This document shows, one piece after another, positions 18,801 to 29,752 of a stretch of DNA of 64,000 nt. Origin of the DNA: a plasmid; the sequence record NZ_CP035506.1; one strand, written 5' to 3'. Under the pieces are notes generated by a model. That model was not told the origin of the DNA. It saw nothing but the letters and a program-made list of their open reading frames with translations, and did not search any database. Both the position numbers and the translations under genes were made by a program. Every line of letters starts with the position of its first letter. The stretch's first letter is position 1.

Positions 18801-21296
18801 ATGGACGAAGGTGAGGATGTGACGGGCAAGAAGGTTCTTCGGGGGCGGATCGGCCTCGGTATTGCGCTGGCGGCTGGTATCGGGCTGCTCGCGGGCTGCG
18901 AATCCTCCGAGGAAAAGGCGCAGAAACACTACGAATCCGGGCTTGCCCTGCTGGAGCAGGGCGATGTCAGCCGGGCGATGGTGGAATTCCGCAACGTCTT
19001 CTCTCTCGACGGAAATCACCAGGAGGCAAGGCAGACCTATGCGCGGCTCCTGCGGGAGCAGGGCAGCGTGCGGGAGGCCTACAGCCAGTATCTCCGCCTC
19101 GTCGAACAATATCCTGACAATGCAGAGGGCAACCGGGCGCTGGCGGAGATGGCGCTCGATGCGAGCAACTGGGACGATGCGGACCGTTACGGCCGCGTCG
19201 CGCTGCGTCTGGCGCCCGATGAGCCGGAGGTTCAGGGCATCGGCGCGATGATCGACTACCGGGCCGCGCTGATGAGCCGGGACGAGGCTGCCGGACAGGC
19301 GGCGCTGCAGCGTGCTCAGGCGCTGGTCGGGCAGCATCCCGAGCTTGTCGTCGCGCGGCGGGTGACGCTCGACAGTCTGGTGCGCAAGTCGGACTGGGAG
19401 GCCGTGCTGGCCTCGCTCGACGAAGGGTTGCAGCACGACCCCAACTCCTTCGAGTTTCAGCGGATGCGGGCCGCCGCGCTCTTCCAGCTTGGCCGGACCG
19501 ATGATCTTGAGGCGCAGCTGCGCCAGATGGCCCTTGCCAATCCCGAAGACACAGAGATCGAGAATTCGCTGCTCGGCCTGTTCATCAACCAGAAACGTCC
19601 CGAGGCGGCCGAGGAGTTTCTGCGCAGCCGCGTCGATCCGGCCTCCGCCGATCCGGCGGCGCGCCAGCGGCTGGTGTCCTTCATCGCCCAGACCCGCGGC
19701 ATGCCCGCCGCACGGCAGGAGATCGACCGCATCGTCGCCGGCAATCCGCCGAAGGTCGGTATCTACCGCACCATGCGCGCCGGGATCGATTTCGACGCCG
19801 GAAACCGCGATGGCGCCATGGCTGAAATGCAGTCGATCATCGACAGCAAGCCCGAACCGGATGTGCTGAACCAGGCGCGCGTGACGCTCGCGCGGATGAT
19901 GGCGCAGGTCGGCAACAAGGTTGGCGGCCGGGCTCTGGTGGAGGAGGTGCTCGCCTCCACGCCCAGCGATGTCGATGCGCTTAAACTCAAGGGCAACTGG
20001 CTGATCGACGACGACAGGACCGGCGATGCGCTGGTCGCGCTCCGCTCCGCCCTCGAATATGCCCCCCGCGATCCGCAGATCATGACGCTCATGGCCCGCG
20101 CGCATGAGCGGGACGGCAGCCGAGACCTGATGGGGGAGATGCTTTCCCAGGCGGTGGTCGCCTCCAGCCGGGCGCCGTCCGAATCGCTGCGGTATGCCGC
20201 CTTCCTCGAGCAGGACGGCAAGCACCTTCCGGCGGAGGATGCGCTGGTCAACGCGCTCCGGCTTCAGCCGCGCAACGTCGACCTGCTCTCCGCGCTGGGG
20301 CGCGTCTATGTCGCGATGAAGGACTGGCCGCGCGCCGATCATGTCGTGCGCACCCTGAAGGAGATCGGTACCGATCAGGCGGTCAACTCCGCCAATGAGA
20401 TCACGGCGAACCGGCTCGCCGCGCTGAACCAGGATCAGGAACTCGCCGCCTTCCTGCGCGGTCTGGCCGCGGAGGGGGACAGTGGTCCCGGCGTGGAGCT
20501 TGCCCTGATTCGCACCAGCCTGCTGCGCGGCGACACGCAGGAGGCCCTGCGCCAGGCCGATGCCCTGCTCGCCAAGACGCCCGACAATCCGACGGCCCTT
20601 TACCTCCATGCCGCCGTGCTGCTCTCTGCCGGGCAGAAGGAAGGGCTTGACGAGATGCGCGCCCTTACCCAATCGCATCCCGGTTTCGAGATGGGCTGGG
20701 CCGCGCTGCACAATGCGCTGCTCAGCACCGGCGACACGGAAGGCGCGGGCAAGGTGCTGGAGGCGGGTCTTGCCGCGATTCCGACGGCCCCCACGCTTTC
20801 CTGGATCAAGGCGGGCATTCTGGAGAAATCCGGCGATATCGACGGGGCGATCACTCTTTACGAGGCGATGTACGAGCGCGATTCGAATTCGCCGATCATT
20901 GCCAACAACCTCGCCAGCCTGCTGGCCGGTTACCGGAGTGACGACGCAAGCCTCGACAGGGCCTATACGGTCGCCCGGCGGCTTCGCGGAACGACGGTGC
21001 CTGCCTTCCAGGACACCTATGGCTGGATCGCCTACCGGCGCGGCAACTTTGACGAGGCGCTCAGCAATCTGGAGCCTGCCGCCCAGGGCCTGCCGCAGGA
21101 TGGGACGGTGCAGTATCACCTTGCCATGACCTATTCCGCGCTTGGGCGGAAGGATGAGGCGAAGCAGCTTCTCCTCCGGCTCGATGAGGGGGCCATTCCG
21201 CTTCCTGCCGATTATGCCGACCGGGTAAAGGCGGAGCTTGCCCGCCTTGCCGCGCCGGATGCGCCTGTGGTCTCGACACCCGAGGCGCGCAACTGA
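18801..21296 (+). CDS. TPR-repeat lipoprotein (PEP-CTERM-system TPR-repeat lipoprotein-like, PrsT type).
   Basis: The lipobox is LLAGC|ESS. About 830 aa of repeated TPR-like helices follow. The gene lies between the sugar transferase and the Wza-like gene. The start could instead be the GTG at 18819. Confidence 0.7.
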   Translation: MDEGEDVTGKKVLRGRIGLGIALAAGIGLLAGCESSEEKAQKHYESGLALLEQGDVSRAMVEFRNVFSLDGNHQEARQTYARLLREQGSVREAYSQYLRLVEQYPDNAEGNRALAEMALDASNWDDADRYGRVALRLAPDEPEVQGIGAMIDYRAALMSRDEAAGQAALQRAQALVGQHPELVVARRVTLDSLVRKSDWEAVLASLDEGLQHDPNSFEFQRMRAAALFQLGRTDDLEAQLRQMALANPEDTEIENSLLGLFINQKRPEAAEEFLRSRVDPASADPAARQRLVSFIAQTRGMPAARQEIDRIVAGNPPKVGIYRTMRAGIDFDAGNRDGAMAEMQSIIDSKPEPDVLNQARVTLARMMAQVGNKVGGRALVEEVLASTPSDVDALKLKGNWLIDDDRTGDALVALRSALEYAPRDPQIMTLMARAHERDGSRDLMGEMLSQAVVASSRAPSESLRYAAFLEQDGKHLPAEDALVNALRLQPRNVDLLSALGRVYVAMKDWPRADHVVRTLKEIGTDQAVNSANEITANRLAALNQDQELAAFLRGLAAEGDSGPGVELALIRTSLLRGDTQEALRQADALLAKTPDNPTALYLHAAVLLSAGQKEGLDEMRALTQSHPGFEMGWAALHNALLSTGDTEGAGKVLEAGLAAIPTAPTLSWIKAGILEKSGDIDGAITLYEAMYERDSNSPIIANNLASLLAGYRSDDASLDRAYTVARRLRGTTVPAFQDTYGWIAYRRGNFDEALSNLEPAAQGLPQDGTVQYHLAMTYSALGRKDEAKQLLLRLDEGAIPLPADYADRVKAELARLAAPDAPVVSTPEARN

Positions 21297-21513
21297 GCAG
21301 CCGTTGCCGAAGATGGCCGCCGCAGAGGGCCACCGGAAAGGAATGACGGGCTTGCCCAGCGGAACTTTGCCGGGCAAGCCTTTTATTCCGGCGGATTTTT
21401 CTTCAGAACCGCGGCAGAAGTGTCGCAGTCCTCGCCTTTTGCGGAGCTCGGCTTTCCACCTGCCCGCAAACCTCCTATCCCTGATCGTAACCATTCCCCA
21501 ACGGGTGCGCCTG

Positions 21514-22167
21514 ATGTTCAGAACCTTGCTCGGGATCTTTGTTTCCCCCCTTTCACGTATCGCGGCGGTCGCCCTTGTGGCGGGCGGCGTCGCCGGCGGT
21601 TTCTCCGCGCCTGCCTCGGCCCAGAGCGGCTATCACCTGCGTCCGGGCGATGTGGTGCAGGTCGAGGTGCTCGACGATCCGAGCCTCAACCGTTCCGTGC
21701 TCGTCCTTCCCGATGGCAGCATCAGCTTCCCGCAGGCCGGAACGCTGCGCGCCAGCGGCCGGACGGTGGAGCAGCTGCGCTCCGCCCTGACGCAGGGCCT
21801 CTCGCCGAACTTCGCTGCGACGCCTACCGTCTATGTCACCGTGGGAAGCGTCGCGCCGCCGCAGTCCGCCGCCGCTGCCGCGGAAGGATTTCCCGTATAT
21901 GTGATGGGAGAAGTTAACGAACCCGGCCGCAAGGACATCAAGTCCGGCACCACGCTGCTGCAGTTCCTGGCCGAGGCCGGTCAGCTCAGCCGCTTTGCCG
22001 CGCGGAATCGGATCGAACTCCACCGTCAGGATCCCCGGACCAAGGCTGCGGCCGTCTATCTCTTCGACCTCGACCATGTGGGGGGTGGCCAGAACCGGAT
22101 CAGCGGCATGACCACCATCACCGAAGGCGATGTCATCATCGTCCCGCAGCGCCGGCTGTTCGAGTAA
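21514..22167 (+). CDS. Small Wza-like polysaccharide export protein (PEP-CTERM-locus export type).
   Basis: Signal peptide MFRTLLGIFVSPLSRIAAVALVAGG...ASAQ, followed by a Poly_export-like domain (GYHLRPGDVVQVEV...) and an SLBB-like C-terminus. The ATG at 21514 is in frame with the track ORF 21238. Confidence 0.65.
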   Translation: MFRTLLGIFVSPLSRIAAVALVAGGVAGGFSAPASAQSGYHLRPGDVVQVEVLDDPSLNRSVLVLPDGSISFPQAGTLRASGRTVEQLRSALTQGLSPNFAATPTVYVTVGSVAPPQSAAAAAEGFPVYVMGEVNEPGRKDIKSGTTLLQFLAEAGQLSRFAARNRIELHRQDPRTKAAAVYLFDLDHVGGGQNRISGMTTITEGDVIIVPQRRLFE

Positions 22168-22171
22168 GCAG

Positions 22172-23653
22172 ATGACCCCTGCCCGTTCCGCATGCCTCGC
22201 TTCCCTCAGCCGGGAGACCGGGCGGCCCCGTGCTGCGGCAGGCTTTCGCCGGCTGCCGCTCGCATTTCTTCTTCTCGCCGGAACGGCCCTTGTGCCTGTG
22301 GAGGCGCCGGCACAGGCAGCAGGCGATCTGCCGAACCCGCTGCTGACGTTCAGCTTTTCGTCCTCACTGCATGTGAGCGACAACTATGACCTGTCGGATG
22401 ATCCGTCAGGAACCACCACCTATGTCGATAACACACTCGGCCTCAGCTACCTGAGCGAGACGGATGTCCAGAAGCTCAGCCTCGCGGCGAGCGGGGTGCT
22501 GCGTCTGGCCGATTATCCGAGCGATGCGACGAACAGCGGCTACCAGACCGATTTCGACAACCAGACCCTCCGCTTCGGCTATACGCTGACGGGGGCGGAC
22601 AGCGAATTGACATCGTCGGCCTATTACAACCGCGCCGACATCGCCTTCTTCGATCCGTTCCAGCTCGTGCAGGAAAATATCGATCTCGAAGCGCAGGATC
22701 TTTCAACCAGCGACGGGTATCGGGAGATGATCCGCGCCAGTGTCGGCTTCCGCACCGGCATGTCCGGGCCGCTCAGCTTCAATGCGGGGCTGAGCGCCTA
22801 CAAGCGGAACTTCCTTGAGACGAGCGACACGAGCTTCGAAGACAACGAAACCTATACGGCGACGGCAGGTTTCGGCTTCCTGATCACGCCGACCACCCGG
22901 CTGACGCTGGACGGGTTGTATCGCGACTATTCCGCCGACGATACGGAGCAGACCGACCGGCAGACCCGCTCGCTCTCCACGGGTGCCGTGCATGAGGTCA
23001 GTACCGGGCTCACGCTCAATGGCTCCATAGGCTATCAGGAGATCGAGAGCGAGAAGACCGATCTCTCCGGCTACCGCGGAACAGAGCGGACGACCGGGGT
23101 CATCGGCACTCTCGGCGCCACGCAGGAGCTGACCAACGGCACGGTCGGAATCAGTTTCGACCAGAGCCAGAATACCTCCGGCAGCCGTTCCACCCTCCAG
23201 GTGTCCCGCGCAATGGACCTGCCGAGCGGCAGCCTTGCGCTCAGCCTCGGCGCCTCGCGGGGCGACAGCGGCAAGACGACCGCCATCGGGTCGATCACCT
23301 ACAATCATGACCTGGAGAATGGGAGCCTTTCCGCACGGCTGTCGCAATCGGTCAGCACCAACAGCGACGACGAAGAGGTGGAGGCGCGCAATTTCCTGCT
23401 CCGGCTATCGCATGAGCTGACCCCGGTTTCGGGTGTTTCGCTGAGCGTAAGCTATGCCGATCTCAACAACCTCCAGGATTCCGGGGGCGACCGGACGCGC
23501 AGTCAGATCCGCGCGGCCTATTCCCATGACCTGACCCGGGACTGGGAGCTTTCGGGCGGTTACGAATATACCCAGCTGGAGCGCCCCGCAGGAACGGCCA
23601 AGGAAAACGCCGTCTTCCTGACCATACAGCGCCAGTTCCTTTTCAGGCCCTGA
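22172..23653 (+). CDS. Putative outer-membrane beta-barrel protein associated with the exosortase locus.
   Basis: A signal-peptide-like segment (RRLPLAFLLLAGTALVPVEAPAQA) is followed by 450 aa rich in S/T/G/Y/D with alternating beta-strand-like periodicity. It sits immediately upstream of the exosortase. Confidence 0.45.
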   Translation: MTPARSACLASLSRETGRPRAAAGFRRLPLAFLLLAGTALVPVEAPAQAAGDLPNPLLTFSFSSSLHVSDNYDLSDDPSGTTTYVDNTLGLSYLSETDVQKLSLAASGVLRLADYPSDATNSGYQTDFDNQTLRFGYTLTGADSELTSSAYYNRADIAFFDPFQLVQENIDLEAQDLSTSDGYREMIRASVGFRTGMSGPLSFNAGLSAYKRNFLETSDTSFEDNETYTATAGFGFLITPTTRLTLDGLYRDYSADDTEQTDRQTRSLSTGAVHEVSTGLTLNGSIGYQEIESEKTDLSGYRGTERTTGVIGTLGATQELTNGTVGISFDQSQNTSGSRSTLQVSRAMDLPSGSLALSLGASRGDSGKTTAIGSITYNHDLENGSLSARLSQSVSTNSDDEEVEARNFLLRLSHELTPVSGVSLSVSYADLNNLQDSGGDRTRSQIRAAYSHDLTRDWELSGGYEYTQLERPAGTAKENAVFLTIQRQFLFRP

Positions 23654-23847
23654 GCTCAGGACCTGAAAAGATCCGTGGGGCCGGGTGCGCTCTCACAACC
23701 ATGTGAATTTTCTGTACCATTCGCGGCCGGGTCATGGTTTTGCTTCGGTTTCCGCATGTGCAGCCTTATGTTATACAGGGACATACTTCCGGCGAATATG
23801 CCGGGCGCCCTGGGCTATCCCCGGCCACATTTGACTAGAGGATTTCC

Positions 23848-25452
23848 ATGACGGCCGCGAACGAGAATTCCCGCTCCTCCCTGGCGGCTGCGCTTCCCTC
23901 GGTGAACGCCCCCGGTTTCATGTGGTTCATTCTGCTTCTGGCCGGGTCGATCCCGATCTTCTGGATCGGCTTCGTCTCGTTGGCGAAGGCCTGGTCCACG
24001 CCGGAATACAGCCATGGGCCGCTCATTCCGCTGATCTCGCTCTACCTCTTCCTGCGGGAGCTGCGGCAGATGCCTCCGCCCGCGGCCGAGGTGCGGGACC
24101 GCTGGCCGGGGCTCCTCGTCATTCTGCTGGGCCTCGTGGTTGCGCTGTTCGGCAACCTCACCCGCATTCCCGACATCGTCACCTATGCGATGATCATCTG
24201 GGTGGGCGGTGTGGTCCTCACCGTCTTCGGCTGGGAGCGGGGCAAGCATCATCAGCTTCCTGTCCTGCACCTGATCTTCATGCTGCCGCTGCCGCAGTTC
24301 CTCTACTGGCACCTGACGATCTTCCTGCAGGGGATCTCGTCGGAGATCGGCGTGTGGTTCGTGCGCCTTGCCGGTGTGCCGGTCTATCTCGAAGGCAATG
24401 TGATCGACCTCGGGGTCTACAAGCTGCAGGTGGCGGAAGCCTGTTCGGGCCTGCGCTACCTGTTCCCGATCCTGAGCTTCACCTATCTCTTCGCCATCCT
24501 CTATCGCGGCCCCTTCTGGCACAAGGCTGTGCTGATGCTGTCGGCCGTGCCGCTCACCGTGCTGATGAACTCCTTCCGCATCGGGGTGATCGGGGTGCTG
24601 GTGAACTCCTATGGTATCGAGCATGCCGAAGGGTTCCTGCACTTCTTCGAAGGCTGGGTGATCTTCATCGCCTGTATCGGCATCCTGTTCCTGATGGCGA
24701 TGGGCCTGCAACGGCTGACGCGGAACCCGCTGCCGCTGGCGGAGGCGATCGACCTCGATACCCGCGGCATGGCGCCGCTCATGGGGCGCATCCTGTCGAT
24801 CCGCCCCTCGAAGGCGCTGGCGGCGGGGGCACTGCTGACGCTTGCCCTGTCGGCGGGCTGGGCGCTGCATGGCGGGCCGCAGGCCCAGCAGATGGACCGG
24901 GAGCCTTTCGCGCTCTTCCCCCGGCAGTTCGGGGAATGGTCGGGCGCGGCCTCCGGTCTCGACCCGGAGATCGAGCGGGTGCTGGCCGCGACCGATTACA
25001 TGAACGCCGCCTATACCGCACCGGGCGAGAAGGACTATGTGCATTTCTTCTCGGCCTATTACGAGAAGCAGACGGAAGGCGCCGGCATCCACTCGCCGGA
25101 AGTCTGTCTCCCGGTCGGGGGCTGGGAGATCTTCACCTTCCAGCCGCACGAGGTGAGCTTCCCGGGAACGCCCTACGGTACCTTCACCGTGAACCGGGCG
25201 GTAATCCAGAAAGGGTTGTCCAAACAGCTCGTCTATTACTGGTTCGAGCAGCGCGGCAAGCGGATGACCAACGATTATCTCGCCAAGGCCAGCGTCGTCT
25301 GGGACAGCCTGACCCGCGGCCGTACGGACGGGGCGCTGGTGCGCTATGTCACCCCGATCGGCACGAACGAGAGCGAGGCCGACGCCGATGCCCGCATTCA
25401 GCGGCTGATGGCGAAAAGCCTGAACGTCCTGCCCCGCTACATTCCGTTCTGA
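23848..25452 (+). CDS. Exosortase fused to a C-terminal EpsI-family domain. It is predicted to be VPLPA-CTERM-specific (XrtD-like).
   Basis: The N-terminal 300 aa form a polytopic membrane domain with the conserved exosortase residues: Cys in [12 protein letters not shown], Arg in NSFRIGV, and an HFFEGW region. The C-terminal 230 aa form a soluble EpsI-like domain. RBS is GAGGA. A single VPLPA-CTERM gene lies in the same locus. Confidence 0.8.
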   Translation: MTAANENSRSSLAAALPSVNAPGFMWFILLLAGSIPIFWIGFVSLAKAWSTPEYSHGPLIPLISLYLFLRELRQMPPPAAEVRDRWPGLLVILLGLVVALFGNLTRIPDIVTYAMIIWVGGVVLTVFGWERGKHHQLPVLHLIFMLPLPQFLYWHLTIFLQGISSEIGVWFVRLAGVPVYLEGNVIDLGVYKLQVAEACSGLRYLFPILSFTYLFAILYRGPFWHKAVLMLSAVPLTVLMNSFRIGVIGVLVNSYGIEHAEGFLHFFEGWVIFIACIGILFLMAMGLQRLTRNPLPLAEAIDLDTRGMAPLMGRILSIRPSKALAAGALLTLALSAGWALHGGPQAQQMDREPFALFPRQFGEWSGAASGLDPEIERVLAATDYMNAAYTAPGEKDYVHFFSAYYEKQTEGAGIHSPEVCLPVGGWEIFTFQPHEVSFPGTPYGTFTVNRAVIQKGLSKQLVYYWFEQRGKRMTNDYLAKASVVWDSLTRGRTDGALVRYVTPIGTNESEADADARIQRLMAKSLNVLPRYIPF

Positions 25453-25474
25453 CTTGCTGAAGGCAAACTGAACA

Positions 25475-25496
25475 ACCCGGCTCCGGCCGGGTTTTC
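25475..25496 (+). terminator. Rho-independent terminator after the exosortase gene.
   Basis: Stem CCCGGC, loop TCCG, stem GCCGGG, followed by TTTT. Confidence 0.5.
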
Positions 25497-25784
25497 TGCG
25501 TTGCAGCATGTCGGGCGCAGCGAATCCCCCTTGTTCGGACACAACTTTCCAAAACGAAAGTATTCAACAGTTCACCTGCAAGCAGGTGGATGAAAGAGAA
25601 TTTTCAATCCTAAGACGAAGATGATTGCCTCTCCCATTTCGCGCCTCACGATAAAAGTTATTAAAAATAACACCTTTACGGCGAGCGCATCGGGCTATTC
25701 CAGCGAACAAGTTCAAGAAATTCCGATCTTTTGTGCCATATCGGGGACAAAGGCGCTCTCTTAGGGTCAGGACTCTTTCTCGGG

Positions 25785-26000
25785 TCATAGCCAGAACATG
25801 ACGGTTGCTGCGAGAGCGATGGCGGAAAGGAAGACCTTGGGGCACCTGTCGTAGCGGGTTGCGACGCGGCGCCAGTCCTTCAATCGCCCGAACATGATCT
25901 CAATCCTGTTGCGGCGTCTGTAGCGGCGCTTGTCATACTTGATGGGTATGCCGCGCGATTTCCGGCCGGGGATGCAGGGTTTTATCCCCTTGTCCTTCAA
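25785..26000 (-). pseudogene. C-terminal fragment of the IS5-family transposase orfB, displaced by the Tn3 insertion.
   Basis: The 71-aa sequence is identical to the C-terminus of the intact transposase at 55106-55738. Confidence 0.8.
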
Positions 26001-26081
26001 CGCTTCTCTGAACCAGTCGGCATCATAGCCGCGGTCCGCCAGCAGCCAGGGGGCTGATGCCGGAGGGGGCAGGATCCTACG

Positions 26082-28967
26082 TTAAGCCCTTTTCGGCCAC
26101 TTGTATTCGCCAGTGAGCAGGACATGGGCCCAACCGAGGGGCGAGATGTGCGCCAGAAGGTTCGGCGAACAGTCCAGGCCTTCGCGGCGGCGGCTGGCGA
26201 CGGCCTGGCCGAGATGCTTGGTGTTCCAGTAGATGACGATCGCGGCAAGAAGGTTCAGCCCGGCCATGCGGAAGTGCTGGGCTTCGGAGGTGCGGTCCCT
26301 GATCTCGCCCTGGCGGCCGATGCGGAGAGCGTTCTTCAGCGCGTGGTGGGCTTCGCCCTTGTTCAGGCCGATCTGGGCGCGGCGCTGCATGCCGGCATCA
26401 AGCAGCCAGTCGATGATGAAGAGCGTCCGTTCGACCCGTCCGATTTCCCGCAAGGCGACCGCCAGTTCATGTTGCCTCGGGTAGGACGCGAACTTCCGCA
26501 GGAGTTGGCTCGGCGGGATGGCTCCTGACGCCATGGTCGCCACGCTGCGCAGGATATCGGGCCAGTTCGCGGCGATGAGGGACTGCCTGATCTTGCCGCC
26601 GATCAGCCCTTTCAGCTCTTTCGGGCAGGCGGCCGGATCGAAGAGGTAGAGGCGCTTGGATGGCAGGTCGCGGATGCGGGGGATGAACTGGAAGCCCAGC
26701 AGGGCGGTGACGGCGAAGACGTGGTCGGTGAAGCCGCCAGTATCGGCATATTGCTCCCGGATCTTCTGCCCGGCGCTGGTCATCAGCAGGCCATCGAGGA
26801 TGTAGGGCGCTTCGTTCACGGTAGCCGGGATGGTCTGTGTGGCGAAGGGACCGAACTGGTCGGAGACATGGGTGTAGGCTTTCAGCCCGGGCTCATGGCC
26901 GTACTTGGCGTTGATCAGATTCATCGCCTCGCCCTGGCGTGTCGTCGGGAAGAACTGCCCGTCGCTCGATGCGGTCTGTCCGGCGCCCCAGAACTGCGCC
27001 ATCGGCAGTGCCGACTGCCCGTCGATCACCATGGCCAGGGCGCGGGCCATCGCCTCGCTTTCGACATGCCAGCGCGACAGGCGGGAAAGCTGGAAGAAGT
27101 CGTGCGTGTTCGTGGCCCCGGCCATCTTGCTGAGGCCGAGATTCAGCCCCTCGGCAAGCAACACGTTCAGCAGGCCGATCCGGTCCCTGCACGGCGCGCC
27201 GGTGCGCAGATGCGTAAAGGCCTCGGTGAAGCCAACCTCCGCATCCACTTCGAGCAGGAGATCGGTGACCCTGACTTCCGGCAGGCGGCCATAGAGGTCG
27301 AGCACCAAGGCGTCGGCTTCCTCGGGAACCGCCGCAGCCAGCCGGTCGATTTTCAAGGTGCCGTCCTCGATGGAGCCTCCCGGCATGGTCCCGGCCCTAG
27401 CCGCACGCGCCAGGCGATGCAGGGCGTCAGCCATTCGGGCTTTGCGGTCGGCCAGCCAGGTTTCCGGCTCGAACGGCATGGCCAGCCTCGGCGTGGCGCG
27501 GGCGACGTCGACCGGGACCAGCGCTTCCTTCAGGTCGCCATACCTGCGCGAATGCGCCAGCCAGATATCACCGGAACGGAAGGCTTCGCGCAGATGGAAC
27601 AGGACCGCGACCTCCCATATCCGGTGCTCATCTTCGCCATCCAGGTGGCGGTGCCACTTCGAGGCGCGGCGCAGAAAGGTCAGCGGCCGGACGTCTGGTG
27701 TCGCCGTGCCCGCGATGACCGCGCTTGCCGCCAGCAGCGGCTCCGCCACGGGCGCGGCACAGATGTCGAGTACCCGCAGCATGCGCGGCGCATAACGCCG
27801 GAAGCGATGATATCCGTGACCGACATGCGCCAGCGGATCAGCGGCAAACGTGTCGGTCAGTTGAGCGGCCGTGGCGACAAGCCCCTTGAGGGATATCCAG
27901 CCGCCGGCATTGCCGACGGCCTCTTCGAGAGAGGCCCGATCCTCATGCGCTTCCAGGAGCGCCGCTCCCAATGTCCTGAAGGATTGCAGGGTGTCCTTCA
28001 GCGCCGATCTGGCATCGTCCATCCGGGCGTCACATCGTGACTTCGCCTCGCGCCAGGTCTTGCCCACGATGCGGTCATGGGTCTCGACGACAGCGTCAGC
28101 AATGGCGCAGCGCCATTCCAGCGCGCAGACCGCAAGGATGGCGAGGCGGCGGTCACCCGAGATATCCCTCAGATCGCCTGCGAAGTATCGCTCTCCCTGC
28201 CGACGAAGGCGGGCAACGCGGTGTGGCGGCACATCCGCCAGAATGCCCCGGTCCAGCGCCAGCGCGCGCAGGTATTCCAGCCGGTCCAGAAGGCGGTTCA
28301 TGTCGGCCGAATTCTGCCCGGTTTCGAACTGGCGCAGCCAGACGAACCGCGTGACCGAGCCGCCCGCATCTTCGGTCAGGAGGGCATCGAGACGTGCTCG
28401 CATGGCATCGTCCAGCCGGCCACCGATCCGGGCGTCGATCCGGCGCTCGGCCGCGACAAGCGCCTCCGCGCAAAGCCGCTCGATGACCGTGATCCCCGGG
28501 AAGATGGTCTGGGTTGCCCGGCACTGCTCGACGAAGCGCCGTGCCAGATCCTCGTTCGACCGGGCGGCTTCGGCGGCATCCTCAAGCCATATTTTCAGGT
28601 CACGTGCCCCACGGCCCGCGAACATCTTGTAGCCATAGATCTCGCGCAAGGCGGCCAGGTGCTCATGCCGGGTCTCTTCCCGGGTCGCATACCCGGCCAG
28701 ATCGTCAGGCCTCATCCCGAGCTGCGCTGCCAGAAAGCGCGTGACCGCCAGCGGAATGACCTCGCCCGGCGCCAGCAGCCGCCCCGGATACCGAAGCGCG
28801 CAGAGCTGCAGGGCGAAACCGAAGCGGTTGTGCGGACGACGACGGGCGCGGACGATCTCCAGATCGTCGTCTGCCAGCGTGTAGTGGCGCAGCATCGACG
28901 CGTCATCGGTCGGCAGGTCGAACAATGCCGCCCTTTGCCGGGCGGTCAGGATGCTGCGTCTTGGCAT
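26082..28967 (-). CDS. tnpA: Tn3-family transposase TnpA (961 aa).
   Basis: Its size and N-terminus (MPRRSILTARQRAALFDLPTDDASMLRHYTLADDDLEIV...) are typical of Tn3 TnpA. The gene sits inside the GGGG-type IRs. Confidence 0.9.
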   Translation of the reverse strand: MPRRSILTARQRAALFDLPTDDASMLRHYTLADDDLEIVRARRRPHNRFGFALQLCALRYPGRLLAPGEVIPLAVTRFLAAQLGMRPDDLAGYATREETRHEHLAALREIYGYKMFAGRGARDLKIWLEDAAEAARSNEDLARRFVEQCRATQTIFPGITVIERLCAEALVAAERRIDARIGGRLDDAMRARLDALLTEDAGGSVTRFVWLRQFETGQNSADMNRLLDRLEYLRALALDRGILADVPPHRVARLRRQGERYFAGDLRDISGDRRLAILAVCALEWRCAIADAVVETHDRIVGKTWREAKSRCDARMDDARSALKDTLQSFRTLGAALLEAHEDRASLEEAVGNAGGWISLKGLVATAAQLTDTFAADPLAHVGHGYHRFRRYAPRMLRVLDICAAPVAEPLLAASAVIAGTATPDVRPLTFLRRASKWHRHLDGEDEHRIWEVAVLFHLREAFRSGDIWLAHSRRYGDLKEALVPVDVARATPRLAMPFEPETWLADRKARMADALHRLARAARAGTMPGGSIEDGTLKIDRLAAAVPEEADALVLDLYGRLPEVRVTDLLLEVDAEVGFTEAFTHLRTGAPCRDRIGLLNVLLAEGLNLGLSKMAGATNTHDFFQLSRLSRWHVESEAMARALAMVIDGQSALPMAQFWGAGQTASSDGQFFPTTRQGEAMNLINAKYGHEPGLKAYTHVSDQFGPFATQTIPATVNEAPYILDGLLMTSAGQKIREQYADTGGFTDHVFAVTALLGFQFIPRIRDLPSKRLYLFDPAACPKELKGLIGGKIRQSLIAANWPDILRSVATMASGAIPPSQLLRKFASYPRQHELAVALREIGRVERTLFIIDWLLDAGMQRRAQIGLNKGEAHHALKNALRIGRQGEIRDRTSEAQHFRMAGLNLLAAIVIYWNTKHLGQAVASRRREGLDCSPNLLAHISPLGWAHVLLTGEYKWPKRA

Positions 28968-29132
28968 GGCGATCTTTCAGGAAATCGTGATGGACGACCG
29001 TCCGTAAGGGGATCGGTGAGCGGACATGTGTCGAGAGGGTTGGGAGCGGTAAGGAAACCGCACTCCATCCTATCTCGTATAGATGGTACGATTTGATTCG
29101 CACATGCCGCCCCTTATCCGTACACTCGCTAC
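28968..29132. promoter_or_regulatory. Putative res site and divergent promoters between tnpA and tnpR.
   Basis: The position between the divergent tnpA and tnpR genes is the standard Tn3 organisation. Individual subsites were not resolved. Confidence 0.35.
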
Positions 29133-29720
29133 ATGACCGTGACCAAAATTGGCTATGCCCGCTGCTCCACCGACCGTCAGGACCTGACAGCGCAACGTGC
29201 TGCCCTTGCAGAGCTTGGGGTCACCGTAGACCGCATCTACACGGACCATGGCCTGACCGGCACGAACCGCGCCCGCCCCGGTCTCGACCAAGCGCTTGCT
29301 GCTGTGCGAGAAGGCGACGTGCTGGTCGTGCCGAAACTCGATCGCCTTGCGCGCTCGGTCCCGGACGCACGGGCCATCGCGGATCAGTTGGAAAAGAAGG
29401 GCGTCAAGCTTGCCCTCGGCGCATCGGTCTACGATCCGACCGACCCGATGGGAAAGATGTTCTTCAACATCCTCGCCACCTTCGCCGAGTTCGAGGCCGA
29501 CCTCATCCGCATGCGTACCCGCGAAGGTATGGCCATCGCCCGAGCCAGGGGCAAGCTTCGGGGAAAGCAGCCGAAACTCTCGGAAAAACAACAAAAAGAA
29601 CTGAGCCGGATGCACGCCTCCGGCGAATATTCCATCAGCGATCTCGCTGAGCTCTTTGCCGTCTCAAGACCGACCGTCTACAGGACGCTGCAGCGAAATC
29701 CGGCCAAAACTCAGCCTTAG
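29133..29720 (+). CDS. tnpR: Serine recombinase/resolvase TnpR.
   Basis: The N-terminal catalytic motif is GYARCSTDRQD (with the catalytic Ser). A C-terminal HTH is also present. Confidence 0.9.
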   Translation: MTVTKIGYARCSTDRQDLTAQRAALAELGVTVDRIYTDHGLTGTNRARPGLDQALAAVREGDVLVVPKLDRLARSVPDARAIADQLEKKGVKLALGASVYDPTDPMGKMFFNILATFAEFEADLIRMRTREGMAIARARGKLRGKQPKLSEKQQKELSRMHASGEYSISDLAELFAVSRPTVYRTLQRNPAKTQP

Positions 29721-29752
29721 CGTAGGATTCTGCCCCCTCCGGCATCAGACCC

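Noticed and set aside
18708-21494. 928-aa minus-strand ORF.
   Set aside because: It is antisense to the TPR lipoprotein gene, with low-complexity R/G-rich translation and no motifs.
23815-25542. 575-aa minus-strand ORF.
   Set aside because: It is antisense to the exosortase gene. The exosortase frame has clear TM periodicity and catalytic motifs, and this one is low complexity.
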